From Methanotrichaceae archaeon (lineage in GTDB: Archaea > Halobacteriota > Methanosarcinia > Methanotrichales > Methanotrichaceae): 64,000 nt of DNA. Below, one piece after another: positions 52,751-62,745 of this stretch. The stretch lies in assembly GCA_963754945.1 (NCBI GenBank), contig CAVWIG010000014.1:1-64000 (forward strand), written 5' to 3'. A program made the translations under genes and the position numbers. Position 1 is the first letter of the stretch, and each line of letters opens with the position of its first letter. Below the pieces are notes generated by a model. That model saw only the letters and a program-made list of their open reading frames with translations. It was not told the origin of the DNA and searched no databases.

Positions 52751-54106
52751 ATGAGAAGAAGGTTTTCAGCATTGACACATAGAGATGGAAGCCAAAAAGG
52801 AAGAAGCCTGAAAGGATACCAAATGCTTCTCATAGTGGCGGTTTTGGCTCTCGCTTTCTTCTGGATGGCTAGCGTCTTCAAAAACAGAGCCGCATTGCTG
52901 CCCCTTCAAGCCTCGATGCTCCTCCTCTTTGCAATCGTCTTTGGCAGGATAGCGCGCAAGCTGCATCAGCCGCCGGTTCTCGGTGAGATTGTCGGAGGAG
53001 TGATGATAGGGCCTACCATCCTTGGAACATTGGACCCGTCTGCTTACTCCTGGATATTTCCGCCATCGCCTGAGCTGAATGCGCTCACTTATTTCGGTCT
53101 GCTCTGCTTTGTTTTCACGGCAGGCATGAGCGTGGACATATCCTGCCTTAAGCGCCGAGCAAGAATCACTGCGCTGACAAGCATCTCGGGCATCCTCCTG
53201 CCTTTTGCTTTGGGCTTCTCTATGGTCTTGCTGCTTCCGGGATTATGGGGATCACCTGCAGCCAACCTGTGGATCTTTGCCCTTTTCATGGGTACCGCGC
53301 TATCCATTTCAGCTCTCCCGGTGATAGCCAGGATACTAATGGACCTGGACCTACTTAACAAGGAGCTGGGAGCGATTATACTAACAGCGGCAACCATCGA
53401 CGACATGACGGGATGGACCCTCTTCGCTCTGATCCTGAGCTTCCTGAACATTGGAGGGAATCCCTTGATCAACCTCTGCATGACCCTGGGGATCTCTGCC
53501 CTAACAGTCTGTCTGATATATCTCCGTGCCAAATACAGTGCGAGCGACCTGTTAGACCGCGTCGTAGCGTTAACCGCTCTGGCCATGCTGGTTGTATCTT
53601 TCATTGCTGAATTTTCAGGTTCCAACGGAATCTTTGGCGCCTTCTTGTCTGGAGTGGTTTTGTCTCAGGCACCTAGAGAAAGAAACCTAATCAACGGAAT
53701 GGCGTACCCTGTGGTAATGGGGATTCTCGCACCGATCTATTTCGCTTCCATTGGGCTAAAGGCAAACTATGCAGCCAGCTTTGACCCGATGATCGTTGTT
53801 TTGATACTGATGGTGGCCTGCATAGGCAAGCTCCTGGGCTCTAGCCTCGGGGCAATTGCCGCCGGGATCGGCTGGAGGAATGCCCTTGCTGTTGGGTTTG
53901 GCATGAACGCACGAGGGGCGATGGAGATAGTCCTGGCATCAGTGGCCCTTGATTATCACCTGATAGACAATCGAATTTTCGTGGCTCTGGTGGTAATGGC
54001 CTTCACAACGACAATGATCAGCGGCTCGATGATCCAGTATTTAATTTTGTCTGAACATTTTGCTGAAGCCGGGCCCAAGGTCAGAATTGCTCCCACTAAT
54101 CATTAG
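52751..54106 (+). CDS. Cation:proton antiporter (CPA2 family)
   Basis: QPPVLGEI, ISALPVIARIL, ATIDD, GMNARGAME. Confidence 0.93.
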   Translation: MRRRFSALTHRDGSQKGRSLKGYQMLLIVAVLALAFFWMASVFKNRAALLPLQASMLLLFAIVFGRIARKLHQPPVLGEIVGGVMIGPTILGTLDPSAYSWIFPPSPELNALTYFGLLCFVFTAGMSVDISCLKRRARITALTSISGILLPFALGFSMVLLLPGLWGSPAANLWIFALFMGTALSISALPVIARILMDLDLLNKELGAIILTAATIDDMTGWTLFALILSFLNIGGNPLINLCMTLGISALTVCLIYLRAKYSASDLLDRVVALTALAMLVVSFIAEFSGSNGIFGAFLSGVVLSQAPRERNLINGMAYPVVMGILAPIYFASIGLKANYAASFDPMIVVLILMVACIGKLLGSSLGAIAAGIGWRNALAVGFGMNARGAMEIVLASVALDYHLIDNRIFVALVVMAFTTTMISGSMIQYLILSEHFAEAGPKVRIAPTNH

Positions 54107-54299
54107 AAAGTTTTATCTTCCAAGTTATTGATCAGCAATAAGAAGCAATCGGACGATGCTAATTTATGTGGCCTGTGGCAATAATTTAGAATCTCCTGTG
54201 GTTCGGACATGAGGATGCAAGGAGCTTTCAAATATGCTGCTGATGGATAGGCAAAATAGCTGTTGCGGAAAATGAAGCGTCTGATTAGAGGAAATATAT

Positions 54300-54917
54300 A
54301 TGATGGTTGGGAAAGTTGGCCTTGGATTCATCGTCGTAATAGCTAGCGTAGCCTTTGTCGCGGCGATAGTGATGTCTACGTGCGTTACAGGCACTGTATC
54401 CGAGAGGGCTTACAGTGATAAGGGAATGCTCTATGATGAGTCCTCAATAGTCAAGGGTACAGGAGATGTTTCCATCAAAGGGTCCTTTAACGACCGCGCC
54501 ATGGATTCTACAAGCTGGATGAAAGGAACTGGGTCCATGAACCTCGAATCCCTGCGCAGCATGGACAAGAACCGCCCAATGGTAAATTTCACTCAGAAGA
54601 GCGATCTGGTATTCGAGGGAGGACAACTCAAAGGCGAAAAGATACTGGAATCTCCTCTATTCTATGGACGTATAGGAGCAAGCGTCTATGAGAGGTTCAA
54701 TGTGAGCCATGTGGACAAGAGCGAGACCGACTTGATCAGTTCCATCAACCGTTGTGATAACACATTGGGGTTCAAAGAAGATCAGGCATTCGATGGGCTC
54801 TGGGCTTTAGTGACCAAACAAGGTTGGTCGTTCAATGCGAAAAAAAGTGAACAGCGATATTCAGGATCCTTCCAAACTCAAAAGAATATCCAGTTCCAGG
54901 ATCTTGGGAAAAAATGA
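54300..54917 (+). CDS. Secreted hypothetical protein, paralog of 31721-32419
   Basis: Signal/anchor segment; ESPLFYGRIGASVYERFNV...YSGSFQTQKNIQF. Confidence 0.75.
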   Translation: MMVGKVGLGFIVVIASVAFVAAIVMSTCVTGTVSERAYSDKGMLYDESSIVKGTGDVSIKGSFNDRAMDSTSWMKGTGSMNLESLRSMDKNRPMVNFTQKSDLVFEGGQLKGEKILESPLFYGRIGASVYERFNVSHVDKSETDLISSINRCDNTLGFKEDQAFDGLWALVTKQGWSFNAKKSEQRYSGSFQTQKNIQFQDLGKK

Positions 54918-56299
54918 GGAGTTAATATCAGCCAATTCCCGGACCTCATAGGCCTTGAGCCACTGGCCCGGGAGTTGAGAGATTTTACCAGCATTAGTGA
55001 CTATGTCTTCATCACGGCTGCCTAAGATGTTCGTGATACTTTACAGACAAACTCGCGAACATCAGCTCCTTCGATTGAATCTTGCCCGGCATGATAAGAT
55101 CACCTGGAATCAATTTAGTTAAGGTTAGATGATGTTTCAAAGTATGATATTAGAAGGTTTTGACTGTTTGGAGCCCCCCGGCAATGCTTCTCAAGGATAG
55201 GCCCCAGGGTAGAGGACGGAAGTATCCGTGCGATGCTTCGGCTTTGATGGAGTCGTTGAGGAGTATTACAAACTCAATGGTCAAGGGCCTGGACAGTCTA
55301 GATTACAACATAGGCAGCCTAGAGAATAATGATTTTGTAACCCGACTTATGATGACGGCCTGGCCTTCTCGGAGTATTGGGGCAATATCAAGCAATCCAT
55401 CTTTCGGCCTGAAGACGAGGCCACATGCGGGCATAACTCGCCGGAAGGTTGGACGTTTCATGTGTAACAGCCCGCCAGGTCCACAGAGATGTAGAATCAA
55501 TTGATATACGATCGGGATACTCTATCAGCATATAGATCTAACAATTGGCTTATGTGAATCATGTGGTAGAACTCGAGAGGTGTAAAGTATGAGAAACGAA
55601 ACCTGTAAAAGCTGCAAACTTGATAATGTGACGCCACGAACTGAAAAGAACATGCTCTGCAACATATCCGGGTTCCAGAGTTATAAACCCGGGGTTCCTC
55701 CATGTGGTAGCTGCCCCGCACCCGGGCACGGTGAAGATTGGTATAAACAACATCCGACGGTGGAAAGAATGAAATAGATGTGTTGCTATTTTTTGCCGAT
55801 ATGCTAGATGACAGCATGGGCCACGGTAGGTGATGATATGGCTGACAAAAACCGAGCCCAAGGCAAAAGTAAAAAAGCGATGACCAAAAAGGCAAGGCTA
55901 GAAAAGAAGAAAGTGAAATCATGAGCGAAGCAAGAGATAAAAAAATGAAACTTAAGCGCAGACTAGAGGAAGAGAAGGCCATTAGAGTCATGAGAGCTTG
56001 CAGGTTCAGGCGGTATGATGAGAATCGGTGAGCCTTCTTTTTTTCCGCCGAAAATGTCCGTGACATTCTGTGCGACGCTTGAGAAAATGTCATAGACCGA
56101 TTTTGAAGTGTGGCCCAGATAAGGACGATCTTTTGCCGAGCATAGCCATTCTCCCCACAGCTCTGAAGAGATCACTGGCCAGGTCCTGCCCATTCATTGT
56201 TGGAAGAGAACCGGGCCTTAAGGTCTTCAAGGATTTTTTTAATCTACAGATCTAATGGGTATGGGATTTCTAGGAGAACAAGCCGGGTACAGAGAGTTA

Positions 56300-56731
56300 T
56301 CATATTCCCTTCTGCTTGTTCAGCCTAGCATCGATTATCTGCGTCTCCTCGATCACTAGACCTGTCTCAGTCCAGATCTTTGTTGAGATTGCTGCAGGAG
56401 TATACTCCTCTTCTTCAAGCTCTCTGATCCTCTTGAGAATCTTGGGCGGGATATCAGACTCGACGGCTGGCTCAACAGGCTGGCTTGTCCTGGCCGATTC
56501 GAGCTTGGATTGGGATGATTTTATCTCAGGAGTCTTGCCTTCATCCTTGGGGGTCTGGTGGGCTTCCTTGGGCCCCTTTCTGGTCATGAATGTGATTCTG
56601 CCTCGGACCCGCTGCCATGTAAGGAAAATATCACGTTTTGCTAGCTCTTCGGAGATCTCTCGGCTTGTCTTCCCTTCAGCATTCATGCGCTTGATTTCTT
56701 CATCGACTTCTGGAGCCATCTGAGTATCCAT
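56300..56731 (-). CDS. Hypothetical protein with two HTH-like repeats
   Basis: IKRMNAEGKTSREISEEL and IRELEEEEYTPAAISTKI, separated by a Pro/Lys/Ser linker. Confidence 0.65.
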   Translation of the reverse strand: MDTQMAPEVDEEIKRMNAEGKTSREISEELAKRDIFLTWQRVRGRITFMTRKGPKEAHQTPKDEGKTPEIKSSQSKLESARTSQPVEPAVESDIPPKILKRIRELEEEEYTPAAISTKIWTETGLVIEETQIIDARLNKQKGI

Positions 56732-56910
56732 CGAACGTCCTTATTCTTCTCTGGTTCGGTTGGCTTCTCGGCGGGACTGTTTTGGAGATATCTTATGTTG
56801 CCCCTTGAAAATACGACCTGGGTAGCATAGGATGTGGTTGTTGATAAATAGAAACTTGCATTGCCAAACTCCAATTCAGCACCTTCAAGGTCATTCTTTT
56901 CTTTTCCCAT
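56683..56910 (-). CDS. Hypothetical protein
   Basis: 75-aa ORF upstream of and overlapping 56300-56731. Confidence 0.35.
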   Translation of the reverse strand: MGKEKNDLEGAELEFGNASFYLSTTTSYATQVVFSRGNIRYLQNSPAEKPTEPEKNKDVRWILRWLQKSMKKSSA

Positions 56911-57417
56911 TTATCCAGGCCTTTTTTCATAATTAGAAGATGATTCAGACAGAAACTTTAGCATATTCATCTATCATGTTCTGTCCAATCCAGATCTTTG
57001 GAGACATTGTGCTCCTTTTTCTGGACTTTTTAATTCTCCAAGACATTTTTCAAACGTCCTTACTATTTCTTTCTTAGAGTCCTCATTTTGATTATCACTT
57101 TTTTTTGTTAATTTTCTAAATCCCAAATTGCATAAATGGATATCAATAGAGCTTCTAAGCCTATAATCCCCATAGCCATCCAGGTAATGCTTCTAATAAG
57201 GAGACAAGATCTGACACTGGCATTAAGGTAGCATAAGGTATATAATATTATCTACTTTGTGCTTTAATCTCCCAAGCCTAAAGCAATCTGGAGGACATAA
57301 ACCAGCAGTATTCATCAGGATTTACACAAGTGATCATAATATTGCCTTCACAGACCAGGCATCTTCCGGGCCAAAGGCTATTTCTTTTTGCCATGTCAAA
57401 AATATCATGGTGTTGCG

Positions 57418-58398
57418 ATGGATTTACTCTGGCTATCCGAGGACGATGTTAAATCATTACTGGACATGGACAATACAATAGCGGCTGTCGAAAATGCCTT
57501 TCGAGATCACGGTATGGGAAAGACGCAGATGCCGCCGAAGTCCTATCTGTACTTTTCCAAGTACGAGGGCGATCTGAGGACTATGCCGGCTTACCTGGAA
57601 GGACTGGATTCGGCTGGAGTGAAGATCGTCAACGTACACCCCAAAAATCGAGACATCGGGATGCCTACTGTCATGGCCGTGTTTGTCCTTAACTCTCCAG
57701 AGACAGGCGCTCCGCTCGCGGTCATGGGAGCGACCTATCTTACCAGCATGAGAACTGGAGCTACAGGTGGTATTGCTGCCAAACACTTGGCCAGACCCGA
57801 ATCCAGAGTGGTGGGAATGGTAGGTGCCGGGGCCCAGGCCAGGACTCAGCTCATGGCTCTGAGCAGGTTCTTCGAGATAGATCTGGTGATCGTGTACGAC
57901 CGCTCCATCGAAGGCTGTAGGGCTTTTGAGAGGGATGCCAGGGCTTTTCTGGACTGCGACTACAAGCTGACCACAAATCCACTAGATGCCTGCGACTGCG
58001 ATATTTTAGTTACGACGACACCCGTGCGCTCGCCCATCGTAAAGGACTCCTGGGTCAAACCTGGAACACACATTAACGCAATAGGAGCAGACGCGAAAGG
58101 AAAGCAGGAGCTAGAGACCGCACTGACCAGAAGGACAAAGATCGTAGTCGACGATGCGGCCCAGGCGATCCACTCAGGGGAGGTCAACGTGCCAATATCC
58201 GAGGGCAAGCTTAAGCCCGAGGAGATCTATGCCCAGATTGGAGAAATCGTAGCCGGAAAAGTCACAGGCAGGACCAACAAGGATGAGATCACAATCTTTG
58301 ACTCCACAGGGCTTGCTATTCAAGACGTGGCAACTGGACGGATTGTCTATGAGACGGCTCTAGAATCCAGCAAGGGGTTAAGGCTGAAACTTATGTGA
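57418..58398 (+). CDS. ala: Alanine dehydrogenase (ornithine cyclodeaminase/mu-crystallin family)
   Basis: MPPKSYL, GDLRTMPAY, GVKIVNVHP, RTGA, GAGAQA, FDSTGLAIQD. Confidence 0.92.
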   Translation: MDLLWLSEDDVKSLLDMDNTIAAVENAFRDHGMGKTQMPPKSYLYFSKYEGDLRTMPAYLEGLDSAGVKIVNVHPKNRDIGMPTVMAVFVLNSPETGAPLAVMGATYLTSMRTGATGGIAAKHLARPESRVVGMVGAGAQARTQLMALSRFFEIDLVIVYDRSIEGCRAFERDARAFLDCDYKLTTNPLDACDCDILVTTTPVRSPIVKDSWVKPGTHINAIGADAKGKQELETALTRRTKIVVDDAAQAIHSGEVNVPISEGKLKPEEIYAQIGEIVAGKVTGRTNKDEITIFDSTGLAIQDVATGRIVYETALESSKGLRLKLM

Positions 58399-58480
58399 CT
58401 TCATTCGTGAGTTGGATCTTCCAATCTTACAAGCCGAGGATCACAGATATATCTGATAGATGCATAAGTGAAGATAAGAT

Positions 58481-59053
58481 ATGTACGCGATCATTGCCTG
58501 TGGCGTTTTCCAGAAAGAGCTCGAGAGGATAGCGGATGATCTTGGATTTCCCTTCGAAGCGCACTATTTAGGTGCGGGACTCCACGTCGACTTCGATGAG
58601 CTGGCGGATGCATTGAAGACCGAGCTGGAGAAGTGCAAAGGCTGCGAGGGCATAATTGTGGCGTACGGTGAGTGCCATCCCAAGATCGCGGAAATCCTCG
58701 AACCTTACCATGCGGCTCTGATCAACTGCCAGAACTGCATAGACGCCTTCGTCACCAGGAAGGCCGTTGAGAACATAGCCAGGAAGGGGCTTTACTTTTA
58801 TCTCTCGCCAGGCTGGATGGAGTGCTGGAGGGAGATCCTCGCCAGACTGAACTGGGGCCAGGAGGAGGCCAGGCTGCAGCTAGGATCATTCAAGGGCTCG
58901 GTCTTCATGGACACCCTGAATAACGCTGCAGACTACGAGCAGGATCTGATAGAGTTTCTGGATTTCACCCTGCTCCCTTACGAGATCATGCCCACCGATC
59001 TGGAACACTTCAAATCGCTTATCTTAGAGGCCAAGAACCGACTGGAGGAGTAA
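58481..59053 (+). CDS. DUF1638 family protein
   Basis: IACGVF..EL, GLH, YGECHP, NCID, YFYLSPGW. Confidence 0.82.
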   Translation: MYAIIACGVFQKELERIADDLGFPFEAHYLGAGLHVDFDELADALKTELEKCKGCEGIIVAYGECHPKIAEILEPYHAALINCQNCIDAFVTRKAVENIARKGLYFYLSPGWMECWREILARLNWGQEEARLQLGSFKGSVFMDTLNNAADYEQDLIEFLDFTLLPYEIMPTDLEHFKSLILEAKNRLEE

Positions 59054-59055
59054 GC

Positions 59056-59463
59056 TTGGACGAACTTGATGAGATAAGAAAAAAGAAAATGGAGAAGATA
59101 ATGAGCGAACAGAACAAGCCTTCTATGCCCAATGTCGAGTATCCCAGCAAGCCTGTCATCGTTACCGACAGCACTCTGGAAGCAGCACTGAATCAATATC
59201 CATTGCTGATCGTGGACTGCTGGGCTGAGTGGTGTGGTCCTTGCCGGATGATAGGTCCGATAATAGAGGATCTGGCAAAGGAAATGAGTGGCAAAGCCGT
59301 CTTCGGGAAGCTGAATGTGGACGAGAACATGCAGACGTCGAACAAGTACAGGATATCTGCTATACCTACTCTGCTGGTCTTCAAGGATGGAAAGCTCCTG
59401 GACAAGCTGGTAGGGGCCTACCCTAAGGCCACACTGGCCGGAAAAATTCAGAAGTATCTCTGA
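59056..59463 (+). CDS. trxA: Thioredoxin
   Basis: WCGPC, AIPTLL; N-terminal DELDEIRKKK extension. Confidence 0.95.
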   Translation: MDELDEIRKKKMEKIMSEQNKPSMPNVEYPSKPVIVTDSTLEAALNQYPLLIVDCWAEWCGPCRMIGPIIEDLAKEMSGKAVFGKLNVDENMQTSNKYRISAIPTLLVFKDGKLLDKLVGAYPKATLAGKIQKYL

Positions 59464-59510
59464 GGAAAGACCTCAGAGATATCGATTCTTTATGCGGGAT
59501 TTTTTTAAAT

Positions 59511-60341
59511 TCAAGCGGCGCTGCCGGGCACCTTGACTCTGGAGTAGCCCTCCAGGTTGACGACTGGCGTGCTCTGGTTGTAGCTGGAAAGATCGGTGAC
59601 TTGGTTAGGTGCAGAGTAGCCAGGGCTGTAGAATGGTTTTGTCGGGTTGTTGTTCTCTATGCTGACCAGAGGCTTAACAACGTTCGTGACTGTCTGTAGC
59701 GGCTTGACATGAGAGTATGCGCTCACATTGTAGGCGGGCTTGGTGTTGGAGTAGGCCTCGATGTTGTAAGTGGACTTGTTTCCGTACATGTCTACGTTGT
59801 TGATGGATTTAGGTGGTAGGCCCACAGTATCGACAGCCTTGACGGAAGTCATCCCAACATGGATTGCAGGTTGGGAAACCGTCTGGTTCAACTCTGGGGT
59901 GTTATTCGTCGGCATGGTGTTGTTCAACAGAACCGCATTGTTCCCAGGGACTGGGTTGCTCACAAGTGAGGAGTTGCTAATCGGAGTTGTCTGGTCCATC
60001 AAGGCAGTGGGAGACGCGGGAGCGATATTGTTATCAAGCGATGTGTTGTTCGAAGGAGTGGAATTGTTTGCAGGTATGGTGTTGTTCAACGGAGCAGTAT
60101 TGTTCCCATGGATTGGGTTGTTCACAATCGATGAGTTGTTCATCTGAATTGCCTGGTTCGTCAAAGCGACGGGAGTTGCGAGGGAAGTATTGTTAACAAG
60201 TGATGTGTTGTTCGAAGGGGTGGTATTGTTTCCCATTATGATCTGGTTCGCCGAAGCGGTCGTATTTTCCTGTGCGGTGGCTAGCAGCATTAGGGTAGCC
60301 AGTAACAAGGAACACGCTAAGTAAGCTATTTTTGTACTCAT
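59511..60341 (-). CDS. Secreted Asn/Thr/Pro-rich repetitive glycoprotein
   Basis: Signal peptide; many NN(T/S) sequons in about 6-aa repeats; (Y)N(I/V/L)xxYS repeats near the C-terminus. Confidence 0.8.
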   Translation of the reverse strand: MSTKIAYLACSLLLATLMLLATAQENTTASANQIIMGNNTTPSNNTSLVNNTSLATPVALTNQAIQMNNSSIVNNPIHGNNTAPLNNTIPANNSTPSNNTSLDNNIAPASPTALMDQTTPISNSSLVSNPVPGNNAVLLNNTMPTNNTPELNQTVSQPAIHVGMTSVKAVDTVGLPPKSINNVDMYGNKSTYNIEAYSNTKPAYNVSAYSHVKPLQTVTNVVKPLVSIENNNPTKPFYSPGYSAPNQVTDLSSYNQSTPVVNLEGYSRVKVPGSAA

Positions 60342-60868
60342 ATTGATCCTCGGCTGGGACAGTTGTAGCTATGTGCTTATCAATTTTAGGTACGGAAAGC
60401 TGGCGATGAGTCCGGCAGATCAATCGAGTTATGATGTCGGCAACAGTGCATAGTTTAAAGCAACTTTTGACCGCTTCCATCTACGCTTCGACCTCGTGCT
60501 GTCTCAAATCCCTTTTTCCTGGATCGTTTTTAGGATTCGTTCCATGGATGGCCTATTTCTGCGGGCCTCGGCCAGCGAGCGGGAGCGGTTGCCTTGTCCA
60601 CTGCCTCGTCGGGTCAGGCAGCGTCTACCAGAATCCACACGGAGTATAGTATTTAACTAAATGATTCATAAGCAGAAATATGTTCGATCAAGCTATGCAT
60701 AGCGGTCATAAGTTTCATATTTTGGGTTAAACACGATAATTGCCAACAACACTGAAGGATGAAATTGGTCTTTCCAGGATGCAGCCGAGGTATCTGGCGG
60801 GCATCGTCTCAATTCTGTCCCTTGTGCCCGGAACTGATTCGTCAGCTTTCGCAATCCATATAGCTTAA

Positions 60869-60997
60869 GGCAGTCACAGGCAATTCAAGCACCCATTCAA
60901 ACGAGGCCGCGTGATGATTGCACGCAAGCTTGATATGAACCTGCATCCGAAGACACTAAAAAGTATATTAAAGCAGGCAGACATAGTGGAGATCTAG
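60869..60997 (+). pseudogene. hicA: HicA toxin remnant, N-terminally truncated
   Basis: GSHRQFKHPFKRGRVMIARKLDMNLHPKTLKSILKQA, immediately preceded by an in-frame TAA. Confidence 0.85.
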
Positions 60998-60998
60998 G

Positions 60999-61214
60999 AT
61001 GGCAAAATATGCGATAATCATCGAAAAGAGTGAAGGGAATTACTCTGCATACTGTCCAGATCTCCCTGGCGTAGTTTCTGCAGCCGAGACCGAGGAGGAG
61101 ACAGCGGAACTAATGAAAGAGGCGATAGAGTTTCATCTTGAAGGGCTGAAAGAGGATAGGATACCGATCCCGGAGCCGACGATCTCCGCTAGGTGCGTTG
61201 AAATCGTTGTATAA
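60999..61214 (+). CDS. hicB: HicB family antitoxin
   Basis: YSAYCPDLPGVVSAAETEEE...EAIEFHLE...IPEP. Confidence 0.92.
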   Translation: MAKYAIIIEKSEGNYSAYCPDLPGVVSAAETEEETAELMKEAIEFHLEGLKEDRIPIPEPTISARCVEIVV

Positions 61215-61215
61215 A

Positions 61216-61348
61216 AAGCCGATCGACAGAAAGGCAACCGTAACCATTCCGGTCTTCGGGAAATCTCAAGATTGTTTTTCTCAAAATCAGAAATATGAAG
61301 ACGGGACCGGATGATGAGGAGTTCTTGAGGCTCTTAAAGGGTGATTGA
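61216..61348 (+). pseudogene. Second HicA-like remnant
   Basis: KATVTIPVFG in one frame and DDEEFLRLLKGD* in another, directly upstream of a second hicB. Confidence 0.6.
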
Positions 61349-61350
61349 AT

Positions 61351-61575
61351 ATGGATTATACGATTCTAATACACCAGGCGGAGGAAGGCGGCTTCTGGTC
61401 CGAGGTTCCGGCTCTACCCGGCTGTTACTCTCAAGGAGAGACCATCGATGAGACCATGCAGAACACTAAAGAGGCCATAGAGGCTTATCTTCTGGTTTTG
61501 AAAGAGGACCAGGTTTCGGCTCCAGTCGATGAGAGTCTTATCATAGGTAGGGTCAAGGTGGAAGTCGCAGACTGA
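61351..61575 (+). CDS. hicB: HicB family antitoxin
   Basis: EEGGFWSEVPALPGCYSQGETIDE...KEAIEAYL. Confidence 0.92.
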   Translation: MDYTILIHQAEEGGFWSEVPALPGCYSQGETIDETMQNTKEAIEAYLLVLKEDQVSAPVDESLIIGRVKVEVAD

Positions 61576-61620
61576 TGCCTCTACGTAATGCTTTTCCGCA
61601 GCTTTGAAATCCGCTTCGCT

Positions 61621-62658
61621 CTAGACTATCCTCGACCGTCTGAGCAAAACTGCCGCTACCAAAGCTGCAACGCTCAGTTCAGGAGATAACGGGCTCTGTT
61701 TCTGAGTCGTGGTGTTGTTGCCCGACTTGGGAAGGGGCTTGGCCTCAAACACGCTCTCTTTGACATCTCTCACATCACCGCTGTTGCCCAGCAGAACAAC
61801 ACTTAGCTGATAGACCCCTGGATCCAGGGTTTTGTTCCATGATATCTCAACAGTCTCATCTTTGCCTGTGAGCAGCACAGGAGTCTTCTTTTCGATGGTC
61901 TTCAGAACTGTCCCGTTGTGGGTTAGCGTGAACCTGAGCATTCCCATGAAAGGAACCCTGGAGTCGCCGAGAACAGTAGCGCTGGCTCCTGTCTCGTCCT
62001 CGTAGGTCTCCGTGATTACTGCGTCGTCCTTCGCGACAAAGTTCATCATGTAGGCCCTGGTCTGATTGTGGCTGGGCTCGACTATCTTGACCCTTCCAGA
62101 GTAATTTTTTCCATCAACCAGGATCTGGTGCCAGGGCCTGTCGAGCTCCAGGGCCACCCCGGTGGAAATGGGCACAGACTTATCCTCCGATATGTAAATG
62201 GCCTTGTTTCCGGTGATGAGCATGTAGTAGATGTCCACGATTGTTGGGTCTTGTGAGAGTATGGAGAGATGGATGCCTCTGGAGTCTGCGTTGAAATCCC
62301 TGACATCGAATCTTACTGGAGTTTCACCGGCGTAGAAAAACCTGTAGTTCCCTTCTGAAAGGGTCTTGTTGTTTCTCAGTAGATTGGCGCGGACCTGGTA
62401 GGATCCTTTTTCGGCCTCGAAGGAATCCCAGGCAGATATCCAGGTGCCCGGCCCGTCCAGGTTTAGAAGCCTTGTCTGGAGAACCTGGTCCCCAAAGATC
62501 AGATCTAAGCGGAGCTGGTCGCCAGCCACGTCTCCTTGAACTGTGACATCGGATGACCCGATGTTGGAGTAGACATCCGTGATCTCCTGTGACTGCGTTA
62601 GTCCAATAAGTGCCAATATGGCGACCGCAAACCAGATGGGATAGGTTCTCATGTGCAT
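61621..62658 (-). CDS. Secreted cell-surface protein with archaeosortase-type C-terminal anchor
   Basis: Signal peptide; C-terminal NNTTTQKQSPL, TM helix and RRSR tail. Confidence 0.8.
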   Translation of the reverse strand: MHMRTYPIWFAVAILALIGLTQSQEITDVYSNIGSSDVTVQGDVAGDQLRLDLIFGDQVLQTRLLNLDGPGTWISAWDSFEAEKGSYQVRANLLRNNKTLSEGNYRFFYAGETPVRFDVRDFNADSRGIHLSILSQDPTIVDIYYMLITGNKAIYISEDKSVPISTGVALELDRPWHQILVDGKNYSGRVKIVEPSHNQTRAYMMNFVAKDDAVITETYEDETGASATVLGDSRVPFMGMLRFTLTHNGTVLKTIEKKTPVLLTGKDETVEISWNKTLDPGVYQLSVVLLGNSGDVRDVKESVFEAKPLPKSGNNTTTQKQSPLSPELSVAALVAAVLLRRSRIV

Positions 62659-62745
62659 TACCTGTCAATTGTCTGTGATGTCTCAAGAGGGTTTAAAATT
62701 AACCCCAAACCCTGTCTTTAAAGAGGAAAGTTAATCAAGAAGCAG

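Noticed and set aside
55660-55735. GC-rich CCCGGG hairpins as a tRNA or riboswitch
   Set aside because: No T-loop, D-loop or known aptamer consensus is visible.
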